From an uncultured Chloroflexia bacterium (GTDB taxonomy: Bacteria > Chloroflexota > Chloroflexia > Thermomicrobiales > UBA6265): 64,000 nucleotides of DNA. The notes below the pieces were generated by a model. The model was not told the origin of the DNA. It searched no databases and saw only the letters and a program-made list of their open reading frames with translations. The first letter of the stretch is position 1. Each line of letters begins with the position of its first letter. Both the position numbers and the translations under genes were made by a program. The stretch covers positions 2,345,869-2,409,868 of the forward strand of contig CAVUKC010000002.1 of the NCBI GenBank assembly GCA_963741965.1. The letters run 5' to 3'. Of the stretch, positions 26,949 through 36,021 are shown piece after piece.

Positions 26949-27821
26949 CTAGCGCGATGGAGCCGGCGTCGGCAGCACCGCGATGACCGCGTCGCCGAAG
27001 GCGGGGATATGGTCGGCGAGAGATGCCTGCACCTGTGACGTGATGGTCGCCGAGTCGGAGACCGAGCGAGTGCCATCGATCATCACGCTGAGATCGGCAT
27101 ACACCTTGTGCCCGTGCCAGCGGGCGCGGACGTCCCGAACCCCCGTGACGCCATCGACGTGTGTCGGCGCGTGTTCGACCTTCGCGAGAATGTCCGGCTC
27201 GATGCCATCCAGCAGGCGGCGGAAGACCGATGTGCCAGCGTCCTTGAGGATGAACAGGATCGTCACGGTGATGAGCAGGCCGACGATGGGGTCGAGGATC
27301 GGCATGCCGGTGGCGACGCCGACGACGCCGATCAGCACCGCCAGCGAGGTGAAGCCATCGATGCGGGCATGCTGCCCGTCGGCGATCAGCGCCGCTGACC
27401 CGATCTCCCGGCCGGTGCGGATCTGCAGGAGCGCGACCGCTTCGTTGCCGATGAACCCGACTACCGCCGCCGCGGCGACCCACCAGAGGTGGTCGATCGG
27501 TTGCGGATCGATGATCTTGCGGATGGACTCCCATCCGGCGACAGCGGCCGAGATCGCGATCGAGAGCACGATGATGATGCCGGCGAGGTCCTCGGCGCGG
27601 CCGAGACCGTAGGTGAAGCGGCGGCTGCTCGCCCGCCGGGCAAGGGCGAAGGCGATGAGCAGCGGAATCGAGTTGGCGCCGTCGCCGAGGTTGTGCACGG
27701 TGTCGGCGAACAGCGCCGTCGACCCCGAGAACCAGACGATGACGATCTGGATCACCGTGGTGATGCCGAGCGAGACCAGCGCCCACTTCGTCGCCCAGAA
27801 GCCGCGTTCGTGCGACTCCAT
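26949..27821 (-). CDS. Cation diffusion facilitator (CDF) metal efflux transporter; the intact ORF lacks the His-rich N-terminus
   Basis: CDF signatures HNLGD (TM2) and HARID (TM5), plus a C-terminal cytoplasmic domain. The same frame continues upstream without a start codon, reading HPHDHDHGHSHGPGGHTHEHRSGAIGWLQHTFAHSHDVHEKVDDA. Confidence 0.85.
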   Translation of the reverse strand: MESHERGFWATKWALVSLGITTVIQIVIVWFSGSTALFADTVHNLGDGANSIPLLIAFALARRASSRRFTYGLGRAEDLAGIIIVLSIAISAAVAGWESIRKIIDPQPIDHLWWVAAAAVVGFIGNEAVALLQIRTGREIGSAALIADGQHARIDGFTSLAVLIGVVGVATGMPILDPIVGLLITVTILFILKDAGTSVFRRLLDGIEPDILAKVEHAPTHVDGVTGVRDVRARWHGHKVYADLSVMIDGTRSVSDSATITSQVQASLADHIPAFGDAVIAVLPTPAPSR

Positions 27822-27945
27822 GGCGTCATCGACCTTCTCGTGAACATCGTGGCTGTGCGCGAAGGTGTGTTGCAGCCAGCCGATCGCGCCGCTCCGGTGC
27901 TCGTGCGTGTGCCCGCCAGGACCGTGGGAATGTCCATGATCGTGG

Positions 27946-27967
27946 TCGTGCGGATGTCGTGCGGATG
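27946..27967 (-). repeat. Perfect 11-bp tandem duplication (plus strand TCGTGCGGATG x2; coding strand CATCCGCACGA x2) inside the His-rich 5' region of the CDF gene
   Basis: Copies at 27946-27956 and 27957-27967. It lies between the ATG at 27985 (MSHGHDHPHD, AGGAGA upstream) and the CDF body. Removing one copy fuses both into one frame. Confidence 0.9.
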
Positions 27968-28074
27968 ATCATGACCGTGGCTCATGTTCCTGCTTCTCCT
28001 GCGCAGCGGCACACCCTGTGCCCGCCTTCCGGCACCAAACCGGCCTTGCCCGGAACGTCCGCCTCCGGTGACCG

Positions 28075-28371
28075 CTAATGGATGAACCGATCCAGTGCCT
28101 CCTTGAGGCGGTCCCATTCCTCGTTGGCCATGCCGTTGCTCGCGGCGCCGCGAAGGCAGGATTCGACGTGGTCCTCCAGCACGATGCGCGAGGCGCGGTC
28201 GATCGATGCGCGCACCGCGGCGAGCTGGATGAGGATGTCCGGGCAGGAGCGATCCTCCTCAACCATGCGCTTGATCGAGGTCACGTGGCCCGCCGTGCGG
28301 GCAAGCTGGTCGATGACTGCCTTGCGCTGCCTGTGCGGGTGATGCTCGCCGTGTGCTTCATCCATATGCAT
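28075..28371 (-). CDS. CsoR/RcnR-family (DUF156) metal-sensing transcriptional repressor, x-C-H-C fingerprint
   Basis: RKAVIDQLARTAGHVTSIKRMVEEDRSCPDILIQLAAVRASIDRASRIVLEDHVESCL fits the family. Cys in SCPD plus H and C in DHVESC. His-rich N-terminus MHMDEAHGEHHPH. Start at 28371 or 28365, not 28401. Confidence 0.85.
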   Translation of the reverse strand: MHMDEAHGEHHPHRQRKAVIDQLARTAGHVTSIKRMVEEDRSCPDILIQLAAVRASIDRASRIVLEDHVESCLRGAASNGMANEEWDRLKEALDRFIH

Positions 28372-28418
28372 ATCCCCCCTGGGGGGATCATGATACCGCA
28401 TGCCTTCGACGATGAGAA
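28372..28418 (-). promoter_or_regulatory. Candidate promoter (-35 TTCTCA, 17 nt, -10 TATCAT) with an overlapping G/C-tract palindromic operator ATCCCCCC(A)GGGGGGAT abutting the repressor's start codon
   Basis: 17-nt palindrome at 28372-28388. -10 at 28390-28395 and -35 at 28413-28418 (minus-strand reading). CsoR/RcnR operators are known to be G/C-tract inverted repeats. Confidence 0.5.
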
Positions 28419-28476
28419 GGGTCCATAGCGGTTGCAGGGCACGTCCTTGTCGCCGCGCGGGCGGAGGCTCATTCGG

Positions 28477-29763
28477 TCAGGCTGGCTCTTCAATCGTCAC
28501 CGGCTCCGGCTCAGCGACGTGGTCCCGCAGGTGCGAGGCGCGCAGGTAGATCGCGACCACCGGCGCGAAGACGAGCCCGGTCGCGGCGAGAGCGGCGCGA
28601 ACGCCGTAGCGGTTGCCCGCCCAGCCAAGAGGCGGCCCGCCACCGATCTCGCCGAGAGAGGCGACTTGCTCGCGGAAGGAGATCACCGTCGCGCGGGTGC
28701 GCGGGTCGATGTTGCGGTTCATCCAGGCGATGCCGACCGGACGGGAGACGCTGCTGAGCAGGCTGCGGAGCCAGTACATCCCGAGCGCGAGCGACAGGGA
28801 TCCCGCCAGCGCGAAGACCAGCGTCGCGACCACCCGCCCGGCAGCAAGCATCGCCAGCAGCTTCGTCGGCGTGCCCGGCTCGAGCGCATCGGGGTGGAAC
28901 CGCTTGAGCGCCTCGGTGGCGAGGATCGAGAGGACGCTGCTGACGAGGGCGATCGCGCCGAACCAGACCACCATGTTGTTGCCGACGGGCAGGTCGGGGA
29001 AGCCGACGTTGTCGATGAGGTGCTTGGCCCACAACCGGTCGAACGCCTCACTGGCGGCGCCGAGCAGCAGCGATGTGGCGAGCAGCACGCGGACGACGGG
29101 CCGGCTGCGGGCGATCGCCATGCCCTCGCGGAAGATCCCGGCCATGTGCCCGATGGTCGATCGTTCCTCGCGTGGTGTTGGGCGGAAGCGGGTCTCGGGC
29201 ATGAGGCGGAGCAGCACGAGTGAAAGCACGACGAAGCCCGCGCCTCCCAGGATGATGGGGAACTGGATCGAGACGAGGCCGAGCCCGGTTCCGAGCAGGA
29301 TGCCCCCGAAGGTGCCGGCCAGCTCCGCCTGCGTGCCGCGCAGCAGCACCCGGCCGACGCTGGCATCGCCGACCTCGTCGGTGATCCACGCCTCGGTGGC
29401 GCCGCTGGTGAAGGTGTAGCCGATGCCCCAGAGCACCTGCGCCGCGAGGATGGCGAGCAAGGTGGGGAAGCTGCCCTCGACGATGAACCCGGCACCGATC
29501 AGCACCAGCCCGATGCGCACCGAGAGCCGGCGGCTGTAGAGGTCCGCAACGATACCGGTCGGGATCTCGAAGAGGACAATGACTGTCTCGAGCGTGGTGC
29601 CGACCAGCACGAGCTGGAGCGGCGAGAGCCCGACCGTCTCGACGTGGTAAAGCAGGTTGACGGTGAAGACGGCGGCGTACAGCAGCGCGCTGGCGCCGCT
29701 GAGCAGCAGGTAGACCGGTATCGCCTGAGCGGCGGAGCCGCGGCGCGGGGATGATGGAAGCAC
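28477..29763 (-). CDS. MFS transporter
   Basis: 12 TM pattern. EIPTGIVADLYSRRLSV (MFS motif-A-like loop). GTG start. Confidence 0.85.
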   Translation of the reverse strand: MLPSSPRRGSAAQAIPVYLLLSGASALLYAAVFTVNLLYHVETVGLSPLQLVLVGTTLETVIVLFEIPTGIVADLYSRRLSVRIGLVLIGAGFIVEGSFPTLLAILAAQVLWGIGYTFTSGATEAWITDEVGDASVGRVLLRGTQAELAGTFGGILLGTGLGLVSIQFPIILGGAGFVVLSLVLLRLMPETRFRPTPREERSTIGHMAGIFREGMAIARSRPVVRVLLATSLLLGAASEAFDRLWAKHLIDNVGFPDLPVGNNMVVWFGAIALVSSVLSILATEALKRFHPDALEPGTPTKLLAMLAAGRVVATLVFALAGSLSLALGMYWLRSLLSSVSRPVGIAWMNRNIDPRTRATVISFREQVASLGEIGGGPPLGWAGNRYGVRAALAATGLVFAPVVAIYLRASHLRDHVAEPEPVTIEEPA

Positions 29764-30122
29764 GGTGAGACGCTCTCCGGATCGGTGTCAGGGACACGAC
29801 CATGGCGCTGGCGGGTGTGCCCTCCAGCGGGTCAACGGTGGTGTGACGGTCCCGGCACCTGATCCGGCGAACCGGATGGAGCTGGTCTCAGCTCGCGGGG
29901 TGGTGGGACACGTGCATGGTGAGTCTTGGCATCGAGATATGCTCCCGGCACGGATCACGGAGGTCCTCGTCCGAGTATAGCGACGGTGGGGACCGGTGCA
30001 TATCCCTTGCCCCTCGGCGGGGCTGTTGACGCGGTGCCAAACCTGCTACGATAGCGTGTAGCAACTGTCCGTACACCGTGGCGGATCAGGCGATTCGCGC
30101 CGCGGACGGAAGGAGATGGAGC

Positions 30123-30827
30123 ATGCGTTGGAATAGCCATCCGGGACGGGCGCTGATCGTTGTTGTGTCGATGCTTGTCCTCTTGCCCGGCATCGCCGGG
30201 GCGCAAACACCGTCCCAGAGCACGCCGATCGCCTCGCCGCAGGCGCCGGAGCAGGGCATCTGGGAGAACCTCACGGGGGTGCAGCAGGCGGTGATGCGGA
30301 CCTGGGGCGATGTCCCGGTCGGGACGCCGGCGCCAGGCGAGACACCGACGCTGCGCTTCGTCACCGGGCTGGTCGCGCAGTTCGACAGCGAGGAGCACGC
30401 GGCGGCGAGCGTGGAGCCGATCCAGCAGTGGATGGCGGCATCGCTGCAGGTGAATCTCGTTGAGGTCGACCTGATGATGAGCGACGTCGAGGTGACCGAT
30501 CTGGGCGATTCGGCCTCAGCGGTGACCGCGACGGGAACCGCCAACGGGATGCCGTTCAGCCTCGCGGTGGTCGTCGTGCAGGACGGTGATCGGGTGGTGG
30601 TGAGCGGTGGCTCGGTGATGGCGGACCAGGACATGCTGCCGATCAGCCAGGCACTGGTCAATGACATGCTCGGGCGCGAGCCCAGCGGCGAGGAGTCGCG
30701 AGACAACGTCGGCCGGTTCACCGGCGGGCTGTGGAGCATCTTCCCCGAGTCGGGAGCGGAGGTGCTGGACGGCATGCGCGGCCAGGGTGACCTGCCGATC
30801 TACCATCTGGCGACGCCGGAGAGCTGA
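30123..30827 (+). CDS. Secreted protein of unknown function (paralog family member A, divergent)
   Basis: AAGGAG lies 9 nt before the ATG. Signal peptide ...VLLPGIAGA|QTPSQ. It shares FVTGLVAQFDSEEHAAAS and FTGGLWSIFPE with 32351 and 33206. Confidence 0.6.
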   Translation: MRWNSHPGRALIVVVSMLVLLPGIAGAQTPSQSTPIASPQAPEQGIWENLTGVQQAVMRTWGDVPVGTPAPGETPTLRFVTGLVAQFDSEEHAAASVEPIQQWMAASLQVNLVEVDLMMSDVEVTDLGDSASAVTATGTANGMPFSLAVVVVQDGDRVVVSGGSVMADQDMLPISQALVNDMLGREPSGEESRDNVGRFTGGLWSIFPESGAEVLDGMRGQGDLPIYHLATPES

Positions 30828-30920
30828 TCTCCGTCATCACGAGCGTACGACGAGACGAATGCACGAAGCCCCACCCATGTTTCACGGTGGGGCTTCTTCG
30901 GTATTCGGGCCGGGGCGATG

Positions 30921-32123
30921 CTACTCGCCGAGGACGGCCTTGCCGATCATGCCGACGGCGACGTCGTCCAGCGGCGGGTTGCCGAGGCCTGCGCGGGCGT
31001 CCCGGAAGTAGCGCTCCAGCGGGTGCTTCCGCTGCAGGCCGACCGAGCCGACGACGCGAAGCGCCTGGTCGGTGATGTCGATCGAGTTGTTCGTCACGAT
31101 CACCTTCGCCCCGGCGAGTTGCCAGCCGAGCTCCCGGCGCAGCTCCGGGTGGTCCTCCCACTGCTGCACGGCGCCGTACAGCGCGGATCGCGACTCCAGC
31201 AGCTTGAGCTCGATCTCCGCGACCCGCGCCTGCACGTTCGGCAGGGTGGCGATCGTCTTGCCGCCCATCGCCGCCGGCTTGCGGGTCTTGGCGAACGCGA
31301 TCGTGAAGTCCCGCGCGGCCACGCCAACGCCGAGGTAGACGGCGCTGGTGAGGATGCTCCACGGGCTGTTGCTGGGCTTGCCGGAGACCGGCAGGCGGTG
31401 ATCGCCGGGAACGATGACATCGGTGAGCACGAGGTCATGGCTGCCGGTGGCGCTCATGCTCATGTTGTCCCACGTCTCCTCGATCTTCACGCCAGGAGTG
31501 TCCATCGGTACGAGGAAGCTCGCCTTCTCGACCGGCTCGCCGTTCTCGGTGATCGTCGCGCCGACGCCGACGTAGCCAAGGGCGGGCGAGAGGGTCGTCC
31601 ACGTCTTGTGGCCGTTGAGCTTCCAGCAGTCGTCGGGCGTGCGCTCGGCGGTGGTGGCGAAGAACCCACCGCGTGAGGGGCTGCCGAGTCCCGGCTCGCT
31701 GGCGGCGGTGTTGTAGAGCGCGCCGTTGTTCACCACGTCGGCGATCATCTTCTTGCGGAGGTCGTCCGGCCAGTCGGTGCTGGTGGCGACACCGTAGATG
31801 TGGCCAAGGTGCATGCAGATCGCCAGCGCGACGGAGCCGTCGCCGCGGGCGAGGCGCTCCTGCGCCATCATCGCCTCCAGCGCGGTCGCGCCCATGCCAC
31901 CCTGATCCTCGGGGATGGTGAGCGTGTGGTAGCCGGCGTCGATGAGCGCCTTGAACGTGTCGTGCGGGAAGGTGTTGTCCTTCTCGTGCGCGGGGGCGTT
32001 CTTCGCGGCGATCGCCGCGAGTGACTCTGCCATCTCGATAATGCGCTCCTGCCGCGCGTTCTGCGGGAACTGCGGACCCGGCACCGGCGGCAGCGCGGTG
32101 TCCGGGAGGGTCGATGTCACCAT
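30921..32123 (-). CDS. Acyl-CoA dehydrogenase-family flavoprotein
   Basis: GGAGAT RBS. Family layout (GGMGA..., W.LNG.K.W.T, ERYFRDARAG). Confidence 0.85.
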   Translation of the reverse strand: MVTSTLPDTALPPVPGPQFPQNARQERIIEMAESLAAIAAKNAPAHEKDNTFPHDTFKALIDAGYHTLTIPEDQGGMGATALEAMMAQERLARGDGSVALAICMHLGHIYGVATSTDWPDDLRKKMIADVVNNGALYNTAASEPGLGSPSRGGFFATTAERTPDDCWKLNGHKTWTTLSPALGYVGVGATITENGEPVEKASFLVPMDTPGVKIEETWDNMSMSATGSHDLVLTDVIVPGDHRLPVSGKPSNSPWSILTSAVYLGVGVAARDFTIAFAKTRKPAAMGGKTIATLPNVQARVAEIELKLLESRSALYGAVQQWEDHPELRRELGWQLAGAKVIVTNNSIDITDQALRVVGSVGLQRKHPLERYFRDARAGLGNPPLDDVAVGMIGKAVLGE

Positions 32124-32350
32124 CCTGTATCTCCATTCAACATGCGTATGGCGTCACCCGGATGCGGGTGTTCACGCCGGGACTCCTGCATGAACCTAGC
32201 CACCGCCTCGCCGGATTGTCAACGTGAGAACGGTGCGCCACTGGCATCAATATCGCGGGGATGGGACCATGAGTGTTCGCGCGATGGATCGATCCATCGC
32301 AACGTGCGCGGTCCCGAGGACTTCGGGGGCGTTCGGAAGGAACGAGAAGG

Positions 32351-33040
32351 ATGCGCCTGTTCAGATTGCTTGCGCCGGTGCTGCTGGCGTTCACGATGGT
32401 GCTGGGAGCGGTGTCGGCGGTTGCCGCGCAGGACCAGACGGAAGCGACCCCCGAGGACATCCCCGCGGGACTCGAACAGTGGTACACGCGGACGTACAGC
32501 GCCGACATCTTCAGCATGATGGACCCGGCGAGCCCGGAGGCGATGCCGGAGGGCTGGTTCCTGCTCAATGCCAACGTGCTGACGTTCGACAGCGAGGAGA
32601 ACGCGAAGGCAGGCGCCGACCAGCTGCTCGCCGAGCTCGATTCCGAGGTTGACGATGCCGAGAGCGATCTGCAACTTGAGGATGCCGAGCTGGATCTGGA
32701 CTTCGACTACACCGCGAAGAAGGCCAGCCAGGAAGAGGACGGCATGACGTCGGTCGTCATCGAGGCCGTGGCGCAGGACGGCAATAACGTGTACGCCGTC
32801 ATCGGCATCACGCTCGGCCCTGACCCGTCCCAACTCACCGAGTACGCGATGCAGACGATGCACGACGCCGAGGCGAGTGATGACGCCGAGACGTTCAACG
32901 CCGATGGCGCATCCGAGGGTGGACTCTGGGCGATGCTCCCGGCTGCCGAGGATATTCAGTCGCAGGAGTCCACGCTGACGATCGTCGAGGACGCGATCTA
33001 CTACCCGGCGCCGGAAGGCGAGTCGACCCCGGCGGCGTAG
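32351..33040 (+). CDS. Secreted acidic protein of unknown function (paralog family member B)
   Basis: Signal peptide MRLFRLLAPVLLAFTMVLGAVSAVAA|QDQTEATP. Motifs NVLTFDSEENAKAG, DGNNVYAVIGITLGPDP, DAEASDDAETFNADGASEGGLWAMLPAAED. Confidence 0.6.
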   Translation: MRLFRLLAPVLLAFTMVLGAVSAVAAQDQTEATPEDIPAGLEQWYTRTYSADIFSMMDPASPEAMPEGWFLLNANVLTFDSEENAKAGADQLLAELDSEVDDAESDLQLEDAELDLDFDYTAKKASQEEDGMTSVVIEAVAQDGNNVYAVIGITLGPDPSQLTEYAMQTMHDAEASDDAETFNADGASEGGLWAMLPAAEDIQSQESTLTIVEDAIYYPAPEGESTPAA

Positions 33041-33205
33041 AACCGACATCTCAGCGACAATGGCGAGCCCCCACCTCGGCGAAGCCCGCCGGGATGGGGG
33101 CGTCGTGTTGCCTGACGCGTTTCACGACAAGGCGTCATGGTCGTGTATGCTCCCGGACTCATGATGGCCCCGGCTGATGCGCCGTGGCGAAAGGACATGT
33201 TTCCC

Positions 33206-33928
33206 ATGCGGATATTCAGGACCATCGTGCCGGCGCTGCTGGCGCTGGTCATGCTCGGCGGGGTGACGATACCTGCGCTCGCGCAGGATGAACCGACGCA
33301 GTTCGAGGATATGGACGGGTTGCAGAAGGCATACGCGCGCACGTTCCAGGCGGACGTGGCGGCGATGATGGAAACCGCGACCCCACAGGCCGGGCCGAGC
33401 GGGTGGTTCGCGCTCGTCGCCATGGTGCTGGAGTTCGACTCCGAGGATCATGCCGCCGCTGGTGTCGAGACGCTGATGCACGAGATCGAGCAATCCGGTT
33501 TCGCCGGCGAGAGCGGCGAGGCGCACGACGTTGAGCTCGACGTCGACATGGAGCACGTCGCCCGGGAGGCCGAGCAGACCGTGGAGGGGTTGACCACGAC
33601 CTCGGTGGTGGCGCTCGCCCGTGATGGCGCATACGTCTACGCCGTGGTGGGTGTCACCTTCGGGGATGACCCGGTGCCGCCGGTAACGTCGATGCTGACC
33701 GGTCTCGGTGACGCCGAAGCGAGCGATGACGAGGAGACGTTCCGCGAGGACGGCACCTCCGAGGGCGGTCTCTGGGCGAAGATGCCGGCGGCCGACGACG
33801 TGAGGGCCGAGGTGCCGGCGCTCGTCGAGGTGACCGACGAGACCCTCTACCCGGAGCTCTCGTCACCGGCGGTCAGCACGCCGGTGCGGGTGACGCGGCC
33901 CGTCATCGAGAGCACGCCGGCGGGGTAG
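33206..33928 (+). CDS. Secreted acidic protein of unknown function (paralog family member C)
   Basis: Signal peptide MRIFRTIVPALLALVMLGGVTIPALA|QDEPT. Motifs MVLEFDSEDHAAAG, DGAYVYAVVGVTFGDDP, DAEASDDEETFREDGTSEGGLWAKMPAADD. Confidence 0.6.
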   Translation: MRIFRTIVPALLALVMLGGVTIPALAQDEPTQFEDMDGLQKAYARTFQADVAAMMETATPQAGPSGWFALVAMVLEFDSEDHAAAGVETLMHEIEQSGFAGESGEAHDVELDVDMEHVAREAEQTVEGLTTTSVVALARDGAYVYAVVGVTFGDDPVPPVTSMLTGLGDAEASDDEETFREDGTSEGGLWAKMPAADDVRAEVPALVEVTDETLYPELSSPAVSTPVRVTRPVIESTPAG

Positions 33929-33997
33929 CGAGGCCTACCAGGAGTCCGGGAGTATCGACGTCGACAGCGCCGGGAGTGTTCGCTCCCGGCGCTGCTG

Positions 33998-34733
33998 TCA
34001 TGCGCGCGGGGTTCCGCCGGTCTCGATGTCGGCGGCAAAGTGGTCGGGGAGACCGTCTCGCGGCCCGTATCGCCGCGGCGGCCGAGGCGACGTCGTAGTC
34101 GACGCGCCGCATGGTGGCTCCGATGTCGGTCCGGCATGATCTCCAGCAACAGCCAGCCGGCGCGGGGATCGCCATCCTTCGGCTTGCCGACGCTGCCGGC
34201 GTTGATGAAGCGCACGCTCCCGATGGCGCGGTCCCACGGGATGTGCGTGTGGCCGAAGATGAGCACGTCGCATCGGCGACGCCGGCGATCCGCGCCAGCG
34301 AGCGCTCGTCGCGGTCCGCGAAGAGGTACTCGTTCATGCGGCGCGGGCTGCCGTGCACGAGCCGCAGGCGGTGCCCCTCGGTCTCCAGCCGGATCTCCGG
34401 CGCCAGTGTCCGCAGCCACGCCTTGCGCTCGGCATCGACGTGCGCGCGGGTCCACATCAGCGACTGCTGGCCGCGCTCCCGCTCATCGGCGTCCTTGTAG
34501 GCGCAGCCGCAGTCGTCCCGGTCGTAGCCGACGCCGTCGTCGTAGTTCCCCATGATCGTCGGGATGTCGCGCTCGCGGACGAGGTCGATCACCTCGTTCG
34601 GGCTTGCGCCGTAGCCGACGAGATCGCCGAGGCAGTACAGCGCGTCGACCTTACTGGCGTCGATGTCGGCCAGCACGGCGCGAAGCGCCTCGATGTTGCC
34701 ATGGATGTCGCCGAAGATCGCGATGCGGGTCAT
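33998..34733 (-). pseudogene. Metallophosphoesterase (YfcE/calcineurin-like) carrying three frameshifts
   Basis: Intact N-terminus MTRIAIFGDIHGN...LGDLVGYG...GNYD. The rest is split over three frames: CDVLIFGHTHIPWDRAIGSVRFINAGSVGKPKDGDPRAGWLLLEIMPD / TDIGATMRRVDYDVASAAAAIRAA / GLPDHFAADIETGGTPRA*. Shifts lie near 34270, 34130 and 34058. Confidence 0.8.
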
Positions 34734-35827
34734 GACGCTGCCCCCTGCGGCGCGAACAGGCGATTCCGGAGCCAGAGGGCGACGTAGACGAGCCCGATCA
34801 GGGCCGGGACCTCGATCAGTGGGCCGACGACGCCGGCGATTGCCTCACCCGAGCTGATCCCGAACACGCCGATGGCGACGGCGATCGCCAGCTCGAAGTT
34901 GTTGCCGGCGGCGGTGAAGGCAATCGCCGTCGTCTCCTCGTAGGAGAAGCCGAGCCGCCACGCCCAGGTGAAGGCGACGCCGAACATGATGCCGAAGTAG
35001 ACGAGCAGCGGCAGCGCGATGCGCAGCACGTCCATCGGCAGCTCGAGGATGCGGTCGCCCTGCATCGAGAACATGATCACGATGGTGTAGAGCAGGCCGA
35101 GCAGCGCCGTCGGGCCGATCTTCGTCAGGAAGCGGTTCTCGTACCAGTCGACACCGTTCCGGCGCACCAGCAGGTACCGGGTGAGCGCCCCGGCGACGAG
35201 CGGGATACCGAGGAAGATACCGACGTTGAGGGCGATGTCGCCCATCGAGACGTCCAGCGCGGTGGTGTCGGCGCCGAACCAGCCGGGCACAACGTTGAGG
35301 AAGAGCCAGCCGAGCACCGAGTACATCAGAATTTGGAAGAGGGAGTTGATCGCGACGAGGATGGCCGCGACCTCGCCGTCACCACAGGCAAGCTGGTTCC
35401 AGATCAGGACCATGGCGATGCAGCGCGCGAGTCCGATGAGGATGAGCCCGGTGCGGTAGTGCGGCTCATCCGGCAGGAACGCCCACGCCAGCGCGAACAT
35501 CAGCACGGGGCCGATCACCCAGTTGAGCGTGACGGAAAGCCCCATCAGCCTGCCGTTGGCCGCGAAGGAGCCGAGCTTGCCGTACTTCACCTTCGCGAGC
35601 ACGGGGTACATCATCCAGAAGAGGCCGATCGCGATCGGCACGGAGACCCCGGCGACCTTGACCCGATCGAGGTCCTCGCCGAGACCGGGGAAGAGGCGGC
35701 CGAGCACAATTCCGAGCGCCATCGCGGCGAAGATCCACAGCGGCAGGAAGCGATCGATCACGCCGAGTTGCGTGGAGCCCTCGCGCTGGCGCTCGACTGC
35801 GGTGGTGACGGGTGCGGATGCCGACAT
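34730..35827 (-). CDS. acr3: ACR3-family arsenite efflux permease
   Basis: FLPLWIFAAMALGI, LIGLARCIAMVLIWN (conserved Cys), FTAAGNNFELAIAVA, all hallmark ACR3 blocks. ATGA overlap with the downstream phosphoesterase. Confidence 0.92.
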   Translation of the reverse strand: MSASAPVTTAVERQREGSTQLGVIDRFLPLWIFAAMALGIVLGRLFPGLGEDLDRVKVAGVSVPIAIGLFWMMYPVLAKVKYGKLGSFAANGRLMGLSVTLNWVIGPVLMFALAWAFLPDEPHYRTGLILIGLARCIAMVLIWNQLACGDGEVAAILVAINSLFQILMYSVLGWLFLNVVPGWFGADTTALDVSMGDIALNVGIFLGIPLVAGALTRYLLVRRNGVDWYENRFLTKIGPTALLGLLYTIVIMFSMQGDRILELPMDVLRIALPLLVYFGIMFGVAFTWAWRLGFSYEETTAIAFTAAGNNFELAIAVAIGVFGISSGEAIAGVVGPLIEVPALIGLVYVALWLRNRLFAPQGAAS

Positions 35828-36021
35828 GGCTCAGTTTCCTGACGTTGCTCGATGCGAGTGACGCGCGTACGCGCCGTCTACCCCCAAGTATAGATGAATG
35901 TCTATGCAACAACAGGAGCTCCCTGCCGGGTTCATGATGATTTCATAGTCCGCCGTGTACGCTTTGGGGCACCGGACCGTCGGGGACGGATAGACAATCA
36001 TCGGCACGGGGTGGAATTACG

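Noticed and set aside
30026-30052. Promoter TTGACG-N15-TACGAT upstream of the first secreted paralog gene.
   Set aside because: The hexamers are good, but the 15-nt spacer is short and there is no supporting evidence. It is not listed as a feature.
35880-35960. ArsR-type operator upstream of acr3 (ATAGA-N6-TCTAT and ATGAATGTC...GATTTCAT).
   Set aside because: The arms are short and imperfect, no arsR gene is in the window, and the match to known 12-2-12 ArsR/SmtB sites is weak.
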